In this document: in pieces, positions 1 through 10,039 of the stretch
Numbering within the stretch: position 1 is the stretch's first letter
How the letters are laid out: the number at the start of each line of letters is the position of its first letter
Source: an uncultured Nitrospiraceae bacterium
Lineage (GTDB): Bacteria; Nitrospirota; Thermodesulfovibrionia; Thermodesulfovibrionales; UBA6898
NCBI GenBank assembly: GCA_963811165.1
Contig: CAWEQH010000010.1
Span: 928,001 to 992,000 of the forward strand
Reading direction: 5' to 3'
Length of the DNA: 64,000 bases
Translations under genes and position numbers: made by a program
Notes under the pieces: model-generated
What the model was told of the DNA's origin: nothing
Seen by the model: the letters and a program-made list of their open reading frames with translations, nothing else
Database searches by the model: none

Positions 1-653
1 GTAAAGGCCCCTTTCTTATACCCGAACAGCTCACTTTCAACAAGAAGGTCAGGGATCAGTCCGATGTCGACGCTCACGAAGGGCTTCCCGGACCTCGCGC
101 TCAGGTTCTGTATGGCACCTGCCACCACCGACTTTCCCGTGCCTGTCTCCCCCTGGATTATTACCGAAAAATTCGTCTGCGCCACCTGCTTGATCCTGTC
201 GACGACCGTCTTCATTGCGCCGCTTCGGCCGATCTGGTGTTCAAGCGACGACTCAAGCGCTGTGGTGGTCCTTTTGACCTCAATCTCAAGCCGCCGCTTT
301 TCTAGGGCCTTCCTGAGGGTAAAAACGAGCCTGTCGAATTCGGGAGGCTTAATCAGAAAATCATAAACACCGTGCTTTATCGCATCAACCGCGGTAGGGA
401 TGTCGCCGTATGCGGTAAGAATAATAACGGGCACGTCCGGGCCGATTTTCCTGATCTCCTGCATCGCATCGATACCGTTCATGTAAGGCATATTCAGATC
501 GAGCAGAACCGCATCCGGGGGGTCCTTTCTGAAGAGTTTGATGGCGCTGATGCCATCCCCGGCCTCGGTCGTAGCGAAGCCCTCTTCTTTCAACACGTCC
601 CTGACTACACCTCTTAAGTCCCTGTCGTCATCGACAACGAGTATTCTTTCCAT
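1..653 (-). CDS. Sigma54-dependent (NtrC-family) response regulator, partial (runs off left edge)
   Basis: Not in ORF track; translated manually from ATG at 653. MERILVVDDD... REC domain (LLDLNMP), then AAA+ Walker A GETGTGKS and ESELFGYKKGAFT. The start abuts the kinase stop at 654-656. Confidence 0.93.
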   Translation of the reverse strand, partial: MERILVVDDDRDLRGVVRDVLKEEGFATTEAGDGISAIKLFRKDPPDAVLLDLNMPYMNGIDAMQEIRKIGPDVPVIILTAYGDIPTAVDAIKHGVYDFLIKPPEFDRLVFTLRKALEKRRLEIEVKRTTTALESSLEHQIGRSGAMKTVVDRIKQVAQTNFSVIIQGETGTGKSVVAGAIQNLSARSGKPFVSVDIGLIPDLLVESELFGYKKGAF

Positions 654-2240
654 TTATCGGTCCTCTTCGCCTGCGTCCTCTGCCGCCCCGTCTTCCACAT
701 CTCCCTCTGATGCTCCAACTAGGGGCAGGTATATTGCAAACTCCGTTCCCTCCCCCTTCTTCGTATCAACTTCTATCCGTCCTTTATGCCGTTCTATTAT
801 ACCGTATACAATCGAAAGTCCGAGGCCTGTTCCCTTGCCCACGTCCTTTGTAGTGAAATAGGGCTCAAATATCCTCTCTTTGACCTGTTCATCCATGCCG
901 GGCCCCGTATCACTTACTGAAATTACCGCGTATGTCCCGGGATTGAGAGACTTGCTTCCCTCCCCCACACTGGCGGACCTTGTAGTTACCGTAATCACCC
1001 CTCCGTCGGGCATCGCATCGCGCGCGTTCGAACAAAGGTTCATAAGGACCTGCTCCATCTGAAGGCGGTCCGTCAGTGCTGTCAGACGTTCCTCCGAAAG
1101 AGAGATAATCAACCCGATCTCTTCTCCCGCGATATTCAGAAGCATCGGCCGCAGGTCTCTGATGATAGTATTTATGTTCATCGGGTGTAAATTGATTGTA
1201 TGCGTTTTGCTGAAGGCAAGCAGTCCGCGTATCAGGTTCTGGGCCTTTGTTATCGAATTATGCACCTGCTCGGTATACTGCCTCAAGTTGACCTGCTCTT
1301 GAAGCTTCTTCTCCATAAGGTAGATGGACCCCCTGAGGGTTGCGAGGATATTGTTGAAGTCATGTGCAATTCCCCGTGCTAGGGTCCCTATCGCCTCCAT
1401 CTTCTGGGCATGTCTGAGCCGCTCTTCGAGGGCCTCTTTTTCCTCTTCCCTCTTTTTAAGGTCCTCGTACATAATGTTGAAATCGACGGCGAGTCTTCCT
1501 ATCTCGTCCATCGACTCCACAGGGACTTTCTCGATCGTCTCCCCCCTGCCAAGAGACCTCACGGATAGGGCAAGTCTCGTGAGAGGCTGGGTGACCCTGT
1601 GGATGGCGATATAGATGGCGATGCTGCCCGCAAGGAGAAAAACCAGAGCAATGAGGGCGTTCCTTAATATAATGACTTTCATCTCCCGCCTAAGTATGTC
1701 CTTATCGAGTATGACCTCTACGTAACCGATCACACTTCGTTCGCTTGACGGAGCGGAGACATCAAAATAAAGCGCCTCCTCTGCATTTCTATAGGTCTCA
1801 AGATAGACAGGGGCGAGAAAAACGATGGTATCTTCCCTTTCCACAGGCTCGGGTATCCTGTCGCCGGGGTCTGGCGCAAATGCTTCAGGGACAAGCGAGG
1901 TCGTCTTCGGGACCTCTTGCTCCGTGGTCTTCCTGGTCTCAACGAGCAGCGCCTTCTTCTCCATGTTATATATCGCTACGGCGAGGACGTTCTTCTGGCC
2001 CATTATCCCCTGCACCGCATCTTTAAGCATGTCCTTGTTCTCAGCGAAGACCCACGTCCTGGTATTGTAGGCGAGCAGGTCGGCAAGCATCTTTCCCTCG
2101 TTGTAAAGGTCTTTTCGGACTGCCCTGTTTTCATGATAGATGAAAAAGGCTGTGAAGCCCGCAAAAACCAGGAAGATCGAGACCGCAAACGACCTGAATA
2201 CTTTGAAACTGAAACTATTTTTTGTCCTTTCAGTCAACAT
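654..2240 (-). CDS. Membrane sensor histidine kinase (periplasmic domain, HAMP, HisKA, HATPase)
   Basis: Two TM segments around a periplasmic loop, HAMP (PLTRLA...DEIGRLA), H-box GIAHDFNN, N box NARDAM, G boxes DTGPGM and GTGLGL. Confidence 0.93.
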   Translation of the reverse strand: MLTERTKNSFSFKVFRSFAVSIFLVFAGFTAFFIYHENRAVRKDLYNEGKMLADLLAYNTRTWVFAENKDMLKDAVQGIMGQKNVLAVAIYNMEKKALLVETRKTTEQEVPKTTSLVPEAFAPDPGDRIPEPVEREDTIVFLAPVYLETYRNAEEALYFDVSAPSSERSVIGYVEVILDKDILRREMKVIILRNALIALVFLLAGSIAIYIAIHRVTQPLTRLALSVRSLGRGETIEKVPVESMDEIGRLAVDFNIMYEDLKKREEEKEALEERLRHAQKMEAIGTLARGIAHDFNNILATLRGSIYLMEKKLQEQVNLRQYTEQVHNSITKAQNLIRGLLAFSKTHTINLHPMNINTIIRDLRPMLLNIAGEEIGLIISLSEERLTALTDRLQMEQVLMNLCSNARDAMPDGGVITVTTRSASVGEGSKSLNPGTYAVISVSDTGPGMDEQVKERIFEPYFTTKDVGKGTGLGLSIVYGIIERHKGRIEVDTKKGEGTEFAIYLPLVGASEGDVEDGAAEDAGEEDR

Positions 2241-3171
2241 GTTCCGCCCTGTGTAGGATGTCGTCCCTCACCTTTATTCCGAATTTTCTGATAATCTTCC
2301 CGTTGACCGCAAGGACCGCACTTCTGGCGTCTGTCCTTACAGCCTTGGGGTTCTTCTCTGCGACCAGCTTCCGTGCTATCTCTCCTGCCTGAACGCCTAT
2401 GTCGAAAGGCGAGCTATAGAGACCGGCGGCGGACCCCATCTCGACATATTTCTTCGAAAATGTAAATATAGGGACCTTATTCCTGAATGAGAAAAGGAGA
2501 AGGTATTTCACTGTCTCGGGGTTAATCACGGTCGTATCGGGAAGCATCCAAAAGACGTCTATTTTGTCCTTCATCGAATCCACAAGAGCAGGGATATCGG
2601 CCTGTCTTGAAGCTTTTCTAAGGACAAGTTCTACGCCCCTGCCCTGTGCTGATTGCGAGGCTTCCTTTATATATGCCTCCGAGTTTCTGGGGTCGTATAT
2701 CACACCTATTCTCCTTAAGCCGTGGAAGACGTCGAGCATGGAGCCTATATACTTGTCGGGCTGGATATACATACTGACGCCGGAGAGGGGCTTCGCTCCG
2801 GCACTCAGGGTCTGGGAATTGGGGACCATGGCATATATGACCGGGATGTCCCTGACCGACCTTGCGAGGTTAAGTGCGTCCATCCCGATGGCAAAGACCG
2901 CCACTATGTCGGAATCATGGACTTTACTAAGGATGTCTGAGGGCTCCGCCTCGGCCATGACCACTTCACTTACGTCATGATCGCAGGAAGTCCTAAACCC
3001 CTCAAGCGCATCGTTATAAGGCTTTATTTCTGCACTTTTTATCGCGACGATCTCGCCCGCCTCTGACGAGGCTGCGAAACCAATGAGGAAGAGCAACGTA
3101 ATTATTACAAAAAAAGAAGATCTCTTGTTCAATCCGTCCCCACGGAGAATTTTATCAGTTGAATATAACAA
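2230..3171 (-). CDS. ABC-type periplasmic substrate-binding protein (ABC_sub_bind-like), no adjacent permease or ATPase
   Basis: Signal peptide (likely TTG start at 3132, ...AASSEA); RRIGVIYDP, DVFWMLPD and IGVQAGEIA motifs typical of the family. Overlaps the kinase start. Confidence 0.8.
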   Translation of the reverse strand: MLYSTDKILRGDGLNKRSSFFVIITLLFLIGFAASSEAGEIVAIKSAEIKPYNDALEGFRTSCDHDVSEVVMAEAEPSDILSKVHDSDIVAVFAIGMDALNLARSVRDIPVIYAMVPNSQTLSAGAKPLSGVSMYIQPDKYIGSMLDVFHGLRRIGVIYDPRNSEAYIKEASQSAQGRGVELVLRKASRQADIPALVDSMKDKIDVFWMLPDTTVINPETVKYLLLFSFRNKVPIFTFSKKYVEMGSAAGLYSSPFDIGVQAGEIARKLVAEKNPKAVRTDARSAVLAVNGKIIRKFGIKVRDDILHRAEHVD

Positions 3172-3219
3172 AAGCGGGTGAATAACACAATAATATTATA
3201 GATTATTCGACAATTACGC

Positions 3220-3247
3220 GTAGGGGCGTGTTGCAACGTGCCCCTGC
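3220..3247. repeat. GTAG-type REP-like palindrome
   Basis: gtaggggcgtgttgcaacgtgcccctgc, an imperfect inverted repeat; related copy at 21056-21083. Confidence 0.6.
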
Positions 3248-3303
3248 ATTTACTCGCCCCCCTGCCTCTATAGAATTACCCTGTGTTTTGTGTCTTACCA
3301 CTA

Positions 3304-3393
3304 CCCCTCCGCACCTCCCCTTACAAAAGGGAAGATTTCAGGAGGCCATTTCCCTGGCTTCATCCCCTCCTTAGCAAGGAGGGGTGAGGTGAG
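3304..3393. repeat. CCCC(T)CCTT-n3-AAGG(A)GGGG palindromic repeat doublet
   Basis: cccctccttagcaaggagggg at 3364-3384 and degenerate ctccccttacaaaagggaag near 3315-3334; related copy at 24356-24388. Confidence 0.6.
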
Positions 3394-3406
3394 CTAGTTT
3401 CTTCTC

Positions 3407-4723
3407 TTACTTCCCGACCAGTCCGTACTTTATGTCTTGCTTCACAACGGCCTCGAGCGTGGCGTCAAGGTATGGTTTCTTGCAGTCAACTCCTTCCATA
3501 TTTCCATCACGGACGAGTTTCATGTGACGGCATCCTCCGAAACAGAGGGGGAGATACACGCAGCTTAGACACTCTTCATTCTTCCAGCAGTCTTTGCCGT
3601 GAGGCTGCATTTTATACTTGATGCCGGTCCTGAGATCGCCGACCTTGAATTCCTCGCGGCCGACTAGCGAGGGGCACTTGTAGATACTTCCATCGTAATT
3701 CACAAGATAGTTATCTTTCATGTCTAGTGAACATACACCAGGAACCGTACTTCGCGGGCCCTTGTAGCCCCGCTTAAGCACCTCCCCGCTCAGATAGACA
3801 CTCGCCTCAAAGAGCCAAGGCTCATTAAAGCTGCAGCATCCTTCATTGAAATCAGCCGGTCCGTATCCGTAACTCTCTGCCGTCACCGGATTGAACCTCA
3901 CGGACTCAACTTTGTCTGGAGTAAGGCCATTGGCGAGCATAAAATCGAGAAGATAGGGAAATTCACGGTAATTGTCCTGCATATAATTTCCGCCGACCTG
4001 GATGCCGATCATTTCACAAACTTCTTTCAGGTTTCCAAAAATCCTTTCAAAGCTGCCCTTGCCGGAGGTAAAAGGCCTGAAAAGGTCGTGTAGTTCCTTA
4101 GTACCGTCGAGCGTAACAACGGCTCCTCTCACCCCATGAGGTGTAAGCCTGGACACTACATGCGGGGTGAGAAGGGTCCCGTTCGTAACAATATAGGCCG
4201 CATATCCTATACCCTTTTCTTCGGAAAACCCTTTTATCCTTTCTGAAACGCAGGCCACAAGGTCCAAGCTCAGAAGGGGCTCCCCACCATAAAAGGTTAT
4301 CGCTATCTTCTCATCGCCGGTCCTTCCGTCAAGCCCTTCCGCCCATCTTTCAACAAAGCCGATAAAAAGGTCGGCGGTCTCCTGTGTCATATAGAATTTC
4401 CCCTTGCGCTGGCCTTCGAAACAATACTTGCATGCAAGGTTGCAATCGAGGTTCATCACGATCTTCGCGGCGAAGGTGCGGGAAATTGCATTGAGGTCAT
4501 CGATAAAACCGAGCATCTCTTCATGCTCTGAATCAGCACCTTCGCTAAGGAAACCGAGGGCCGACAGGGTCTTCAGCTCCTCCCCTGAGATGCGGCCGGA
4601 TTCGATCTCAGCGAACATGCCTGAAGGAATGCTGATTATCGAACCCTTTTTCGCAGAAAAAAGGATGAGCGCTCCAGGCTCATCCCAGTTGTTAAAGATC
4701 CTCAGATACCTTGTTAAAATCAT
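3407..4723 (-). CDS. Radical SAM/SPASM peptide maturase (geopeptide-maturase-like), about 438 aa
   Basis: CNLACKYC (CxxxCxxC), FYGGEPLL, VTNGTLL, TLDG; C-terminal SPASM (C...DGSIYKC...VGD...CLSCVYLPLCFGGC...C). True start is probably ATG 4723 (MILTRY); the ORF-track extension to 4864 overlaps the precursor gene. Confidence 0.92.
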   Translation of the reverse strand: MILTRYLRIFNNWDEPGALILFSAKKGSIISIPSGMFAEIESGRISGEELKTLSALGFLSEGADSEHEEMLGFIDDLNAISRTFAAKIVMNLDCNLACKYCFEGQRKGKFYMTQETADLFIGFVERWAEGLDGRTGDEKIAITFYGGEPLLSLDLVACVSERIKGFSEEKGIGYAAYIVTNGTLLTPHVVSRLTPHGVRGAVVTLDGTKELHDLFRPFTSGKGSFERIFGNLKEVCEMIGIQVGGNYMQDNYREFPYLLDFMLANGLTPDKVESVRFNPVTAESYGYGPADFNEGCCSFNEPWLFEASVYLSGEVLKRGYKGPRSTVPGVCSLDMKDNYLVNYDGSIYKCPSLVGREEFKVGDLRTGIKYKMQPHGKDCWKNEECLSCVYLPLCFGGCRHMKLVRDGNMEGVDCKKPYLDATLEAVVKQDIKYGLVGK

Positions 4724-4736
4724 ATATCTTCGAAAT

Positions 4737-4767
4737 AACCGGGGAGAAGCAGTTTCGCTCCCCGGTT
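4737..4767 (-). promoter_or_regulatory. Stem-loop between precursor peptide and maturase (mRNA-stabilising or partial terminator)
   Basis: Perfect 10-bp inverted repeat aaccggggag...ctccccggtt, 8 nt after the peptide stop. Confidence 0.7.
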
Positions 4768-4775
4768 CCGGGGCA

Positions 4776-4877
4776 TTACCTCGCCAGCTTCCCTGTCGGC
4801 GCTGAGGTACAGCACGCCATTGCAGCCAGGTCTTTCTTTTCCACTCCCTTTTCCAGGATAACAATCCGCTTTACCAT
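4776..4877 (-). CDS. RiPP precursor peptide, 33 aa: MVKRIVILEKGVEKKDLAAMACCTSAPTGKLAR (geopeptide-like)
   Basis: Manual translation: GGAGGT RBS shortly upstream of ATG (4877), TAA at 4776-4778. Charged leader plus Cys-Cys core, directly upstream of the rSAM/SPASM gene. Confidence 0.88.
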   Translation of the reverse strand: MVKRIVILEKGVEKKDLAAMACCTSAPTGKLAR

Positions 4878-4921
4878 TCTTCCACCTCCAATTAAGAAAT
4901 GCGCATCCCAATGGACACGGG

Positions 4922-6814
4922 TCACAATTTTACCCTCAAGCCTCCCTCTATCCATCTTTCGGCATTCTTGTAGTTTTCTATCCAGTACTGAGCGCCGTTG
5001 AACAGATTGTGCATTGTCAAGAAGACCTCTGCGCTATATGAGTTGCCCCTATAGACAGTCTTTATCGCATTGAAATCGAAGATAAAGCCGTTGTATTTGG
5101 CGTTGAAATCTGCAGATGCATTCCACCATATATAATGACCCTTCAGGAGTGCCCGGAAAGATTTTTTGTCGTCGTACTGGAGACCTATATCATAAGTATA
5201 CGTGGGATTGCCGCTTATCTCTTCTCCTGTTTCACGGTCCTCGGTGTGGATGAAGGAGGCAGCGGCCGAAAGCGTGAAATTATATATAGGGACAGTCTTG
5301 ATCGCCGCCTCGAGTCCTTGCCTTCTCACCCTGTCCCTATTAATGTAAGTCCATGTCCCTTCATCGATTGAAATGTCCTCCCTCGTTATCGCGTCGCGGA
5401 TATCGTGCCTGAATCCCGAGACCTTCAGCCAGAGGTATTTCAACGCGCCGGTCTCGACCCCGAGCTGGTAAGACCAAACCTTTTCAAGTTTGAGATCAGG
5501 GTTATTCACAAAGAATGGGCCACTGGCATAGAGAAATGTCACCGCCGGAATATTGAACCCTCTTGCAACAACACCTCTTAGTATTGTCTTGTCCGCGATC
5601 TCATAGGTAGCGCCCAGGCTAGGGCTAAGGGTATTCGACTTTAGGCTCGTTCCGTCAACATCGACACTGTCAACCCGCAGACCGGGGATGACCGTAAATC
5701 TCCCCAGCGAGATGGTATCGTTCAGATAAGCTGCTGCTATATGCTCGTCGAATTTCGTATCCCCAAAATAAGATCCCTTCACGCGATATAAGTCATAGTC
5801 TCCGCCAAAGACAAGGGAGTGGATTCCCTGTCTGAACTCACCCTTTACGCTCGCCCCATATTTATTGTCCTGAAGGTTGCTCGGTGTGACTGTTCCCTCA
5901 ACAAGGTCCGTCGTGGTACCGGATGACAACTTCTGCTCGGCCCTTGCAGAAACGTCAACCGAAATAGTATCGCTCAGCCTGCTCTTGACGCCAAGAGAGG
6001 AAAGAAGGACCTCATCCTGCGTATCGAAACTGAGGCCGAAGGCCTCGAAGTCACCGCCCTGGTTTCGCGCCTTATTATAAAAAAGGCTGTAAGTGACAAC
6101 TGTGTCTTTCGAAAAATCATAAGAAAGTTTTCCGTAAAGACTGTTTCGGGAACTTATATCATGGGTCGTCAGACCGTCGGTCTGGAGCCTGCCGCTATAG
6201 AGATAGTAGCCGATCTGATCTTTTTTTCCGCTCAACTCGGCCCTGAAGTCGCCGGTGTTCCTTTCGCCGTACGACCCGGAGATGACCCCGCGAGTTCCAT
6301 CACCCGAGGGAGTCTTTGTAATAACATTGACTATGCCCCCCAACGATGAACCCCATACCGAAGATGCCGGCCCCTTGATCACCTCGACCTTATCGATCAT
6401 CTGCACCGGTATAAGGTCAGCGTCAGCAAAGCCCCCGGAAAGGTCACTGATACGGACGCCGTCGATGAGTATGACTACATGATCGACCCTGGAACCCTGT
6501 ATCTGTGCGTTTGCTATACTGCCCGGACTTCCGCCGCCAAAGCTCACCTGCACCCCGTTCACCGTATTCAAAACATCTCCGAGCGTATGGGCATTCATAA
6601 GTTCGATGTCTTCTTTAGTCACGACCTCCACATTCTCCGCAATGCGCGTGATCGACTTGAGGCTCCTTGTTGCGGATATGACCTGGATCTCGTCTTCCTT
6701 GAAATACATAAGAAGGAAACTCTTCTCTTCCTCAGACATTGCAAACGCAGGGGTAGAGAAAGGTGATAGGATGAAGATCAAAAAAAGAACGAATGCGGTC
6801 TTACTGAAAGACAT
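4922..6814 (-). CDS. TonB-dependent outer-membrane receptor
   Basis: Signal peptide, VISATRS plug start, VILIDG, IDKVEVIKGPASSVWG, beta-barrel, NLFN...GLRVKL C-terminus. Confidence 0.93.
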   Translation of the reverse strand: MSFSKTAFVLFLIFILSPFSTPAFAMSEEEKSFLLMYFKEDEIQVISATRSLKSITRIAENVEVVTKEDIELMNAHTLGDVLNTVNGVQVSFGGGSPGSIANAQIQGSRVDHVVILIDGVRISDLSGGFADADLIPVQMIDKVEVIKGPASSVWGSSLGGIVNVITKTPSGDGTRGVISGSYGERNTGDFRAELSGKKDQIGYYLYSGRLQTDGLTTHDISSRNSLYGKLSYDFSKDTVVTYSLFYNKARNQGGDFEAFGLSFDTQDEVLLSSLGVKSRLSDTISVDVSARAEQKLSSGTTTDLVEGTVTPSNLQDNKYGASVKGEFRQGIHSLVFGGDYDLYRVKGSYFGDTKFDEHIAAAYLNDTISLGRFTVIPGLRVDSVDVDGTSLKSNTLSPSLGATYEIADKTILRGVVARGFNIPAVTFLYASGPFFVNNPDLKLEKVWSYQLGVETGALKYLWLKVSGFRHDIRDAITREDISIDEGTWTYINRDRVRRQGLEAAIKTVPIYNFTLSAAASFIHTEDRETGEEISGNPTYTYDIGLQYDDKKSFRALLKGHYIWWNASADFNAKYNGFIFDFNAIKTVYRGNSYSAEVFLTMHNLFNGAQYWIENYKNAERWIEGGLRVKL

Positions 6815-6931
6815 ATTTCGAATCCTCCGAAAGTTTTTTATTTGTCTATTTTTACGCCGTTTTTTCAGCCCTTCTAAATATTAATTTTTCGAAGTATATT
6901 CTATTCAAACCGCTGCTGTCTAGAGAAAAAT

Positions 6932-6948
6932 AAGCAATTGCGCATCCC
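6932..6948 (-). promoter_or_regulatory. Possible sigma54 (-24/-12) promoter for the receptor-peptide operon
   Basis: Minus strand GGGATGCGCAATTGCTT gives GG-N10-GC with TTGCT, but the -24 flank departs from TGGCACG. Confidence 0.35.
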
Positions 6949-7134
6949 TGCAGTTATGGGTAAGACCCACCCCTCCCAAGTGGGAGACAAGACAGAACTC
7001 GGGACACACTTGCGATGCCTCCACTTAGCATGCACTGAAAAAGATCAATTCTACGATGGAGGGAGGTCACTCATTGCTCACGATATCAGGAACGCTCCGC
7101 CGGCGACGATATTTAAGCGGCTTCAATCCAGAAT

Positions 7135-7170
7135 AAAAAAAGGGTCTGCAGACAAACTCTGCAGACCCCT
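7135..7170 (-). terminator. Rho-independent terminator of the atp operon
   Basis: gggtctgcaga-caaac-tctgcagaccc stem with an A7 tract on the plus strand (U tract on minus). Confidence 0.85.
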
Positions 7171-7201
7171 GCTAATCTATATACTTCATACTTCCCGAAA
7201 G

Positions 7202-7615
7202 CTATTTGACTCTTCTGATTTCTACAATTTGGGCCCTGGTGACCGCCCGTTCGAGCGCTGACTCGGCCCTTGCGAAGTCGACATTCTCGGCGTGCTTCAG
7301 CCTTTCTTCAGCCCTCTTTCTGGCTGCGATGGCCCGCTCGACGTCGATCTCCTCGGACTTCTCGGCGCTGTCCGCAAGGATCATCACCTTTTCGTGGCCG
7401 ACCTCCGCATAGCCCCAGTTCACAAAGAAGAACTTGGACTCGTTACCTTTCTTGCAGGCCAGCATGCCTATCTTGAGCGTCGTGACAAAGGGCACGTGAC
7501 CGGGAAGGACCCCGAATTCACCTTCGCTTCCTGAAGCGGTGACTTCGTCGACCTCGTCGCTGAAGACCAGACCCTGCGGGGTCACTATTTCGAGAAGGAT
7601 TTTTCCCTCTGCCAT
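7202..7615 (-). CDS. atpC: ATP synthase F1 epsilon subunit
   Basis: LEIVTP, GEFGVLPGHVP; last gene of the operon. Confidence 0.97.
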   Translation of the reverse strand: MAEGKILLEIVTPQGLVFSDEVDEVTASGSEGEFGVLPGHVPFVTTLKIGMLACKKGNESKFFFVNWGYAEVGHEKVMILADSAEKSEEIDVERAIAARKRAEERLKHAENVDFARAESALERAVTRAQIVEIRRVK

Positions 7616-7618
7616 CGT

Positions 7619-9037
<1,419 letters not shown>

Positions 9038-9088
9038 CTACCCCCAAATGTATTTTCACTTAGTGTATTCATTGCGTATCCTTTATCT

Positions 9089-9959
9089 TTATCCCTTTAG
9101 GGCCTCGACGCCGCCGACAATATCCATGAGTTCCTTGGTAATGGTGGCCTGTCTCGCCTTGTTATACTGGAGCGAAAGAGCATCGATCATATCGTTGGCA
9201 GCCCTTGTCGCATTTTCCATCGCGGCCATCCTGGCGGCTTCTTCCGACGCCTGCGATTCAAGGAGCGCCCTGAAGACCTGGATCTCGACATTCTTCGGAA
9301 CAAGCCTGCTGAATATCTCCTGCTTAGAAGGCTCATAGATAAAGTTGTACACAGGAAGAGACTCTTCGCTCGCCTTGATCGGCTCAAGAGGAAGCAGTCT
9401 CTGGACCACAACCTGCTGTGCGATAGCGGACTTGAACTCGTTATATATAAGCACGACCTCGTCGATCGTTTCGTTCGTATAATTTTCGATAATATCCGCC
9501 GCTATCTCCTGGGCGTTCCCATACGATATCTTCCCGGAGATGCCGGTCCATGCTTTTGCCATCTCGATTCCGCGCCTTTTGTAATAGTCGCGGGCCTTTC
9601 TTCCGACAATGCTGATACCGACCTCATAACCTTCTTTCTTCAGCCCCTCGGTATGCCGTGTGCGCAGCCTTAAGTATATTGGTGTTAAAGGCGCCGCAAA
9701 GCCCTCTGTCGCTCGTCAGCACGAGCACCTGGATGTTCTTCCTCGGCCTCACTGCGAGAAGTGGGTGAATCTCCCCCTCCGCGCTGCTTGCGAGGCTGGA
9801 CAGTATGCCATTCATCCTGTCGGCATACGGCCTCATCTCAAACATCCTTTGCTGGGCCTTCCTGAATTTCGCGGCGGCGACCATCTTCATCGCCTTTGTG
9901 ATTTTGCTCGTGCTCTGTACCGCTTTTATTCTTCTTTTTATGTCTCTCAGTGTCGCCAT
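9089..9959 (-). CDS. atpG: ATP synthase F1 gamma subunit, split by a +1 frameshift near 9655-9663
   Basis: N-part KITKAMKMVAAAK, SDRGLCG; C-part ARMAAMENAT, NKARQATITKEL. Removing one base joins them via RHTEGLKKEGYEVGISIVGRKARDYY. Confidence 0.93.
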
Positions 9960-10010
9960 GTTCTTATCCTTTATCGTGACCGTTAATGAGTGATATTCCT
10001 TTTTTTCTAC

Positions 10011-10035
10011 TCACTATTCACTAATCACTATTACT
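10011..10035. repeat. Short tandem heptamer repeat (TCACTAW x3)
   Basis: tcactat tcactaa tcactat tact, between atpA and atpG. Confidence 0.5.
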
Positions 10036-10039
10036 GTCT

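Noticed and set aside
4724..4911. ORF-track 47-aa N-terminal extension of the rSAM (to 4864) and the 63-aa ORF 4720-4911
   Set aside because: Both overlap the RBS-supported 33-aa precursor and the hairpin in other frames, and neither has a convincing RBS or protein-like content.
6938..7261. 107-aa plus-strand ORF between the receptor and atpC
   Set aside because: It spans the atp terminator and atpC 3' end antisense and has no recognisable motif; I found no second precursor-like peptide here.
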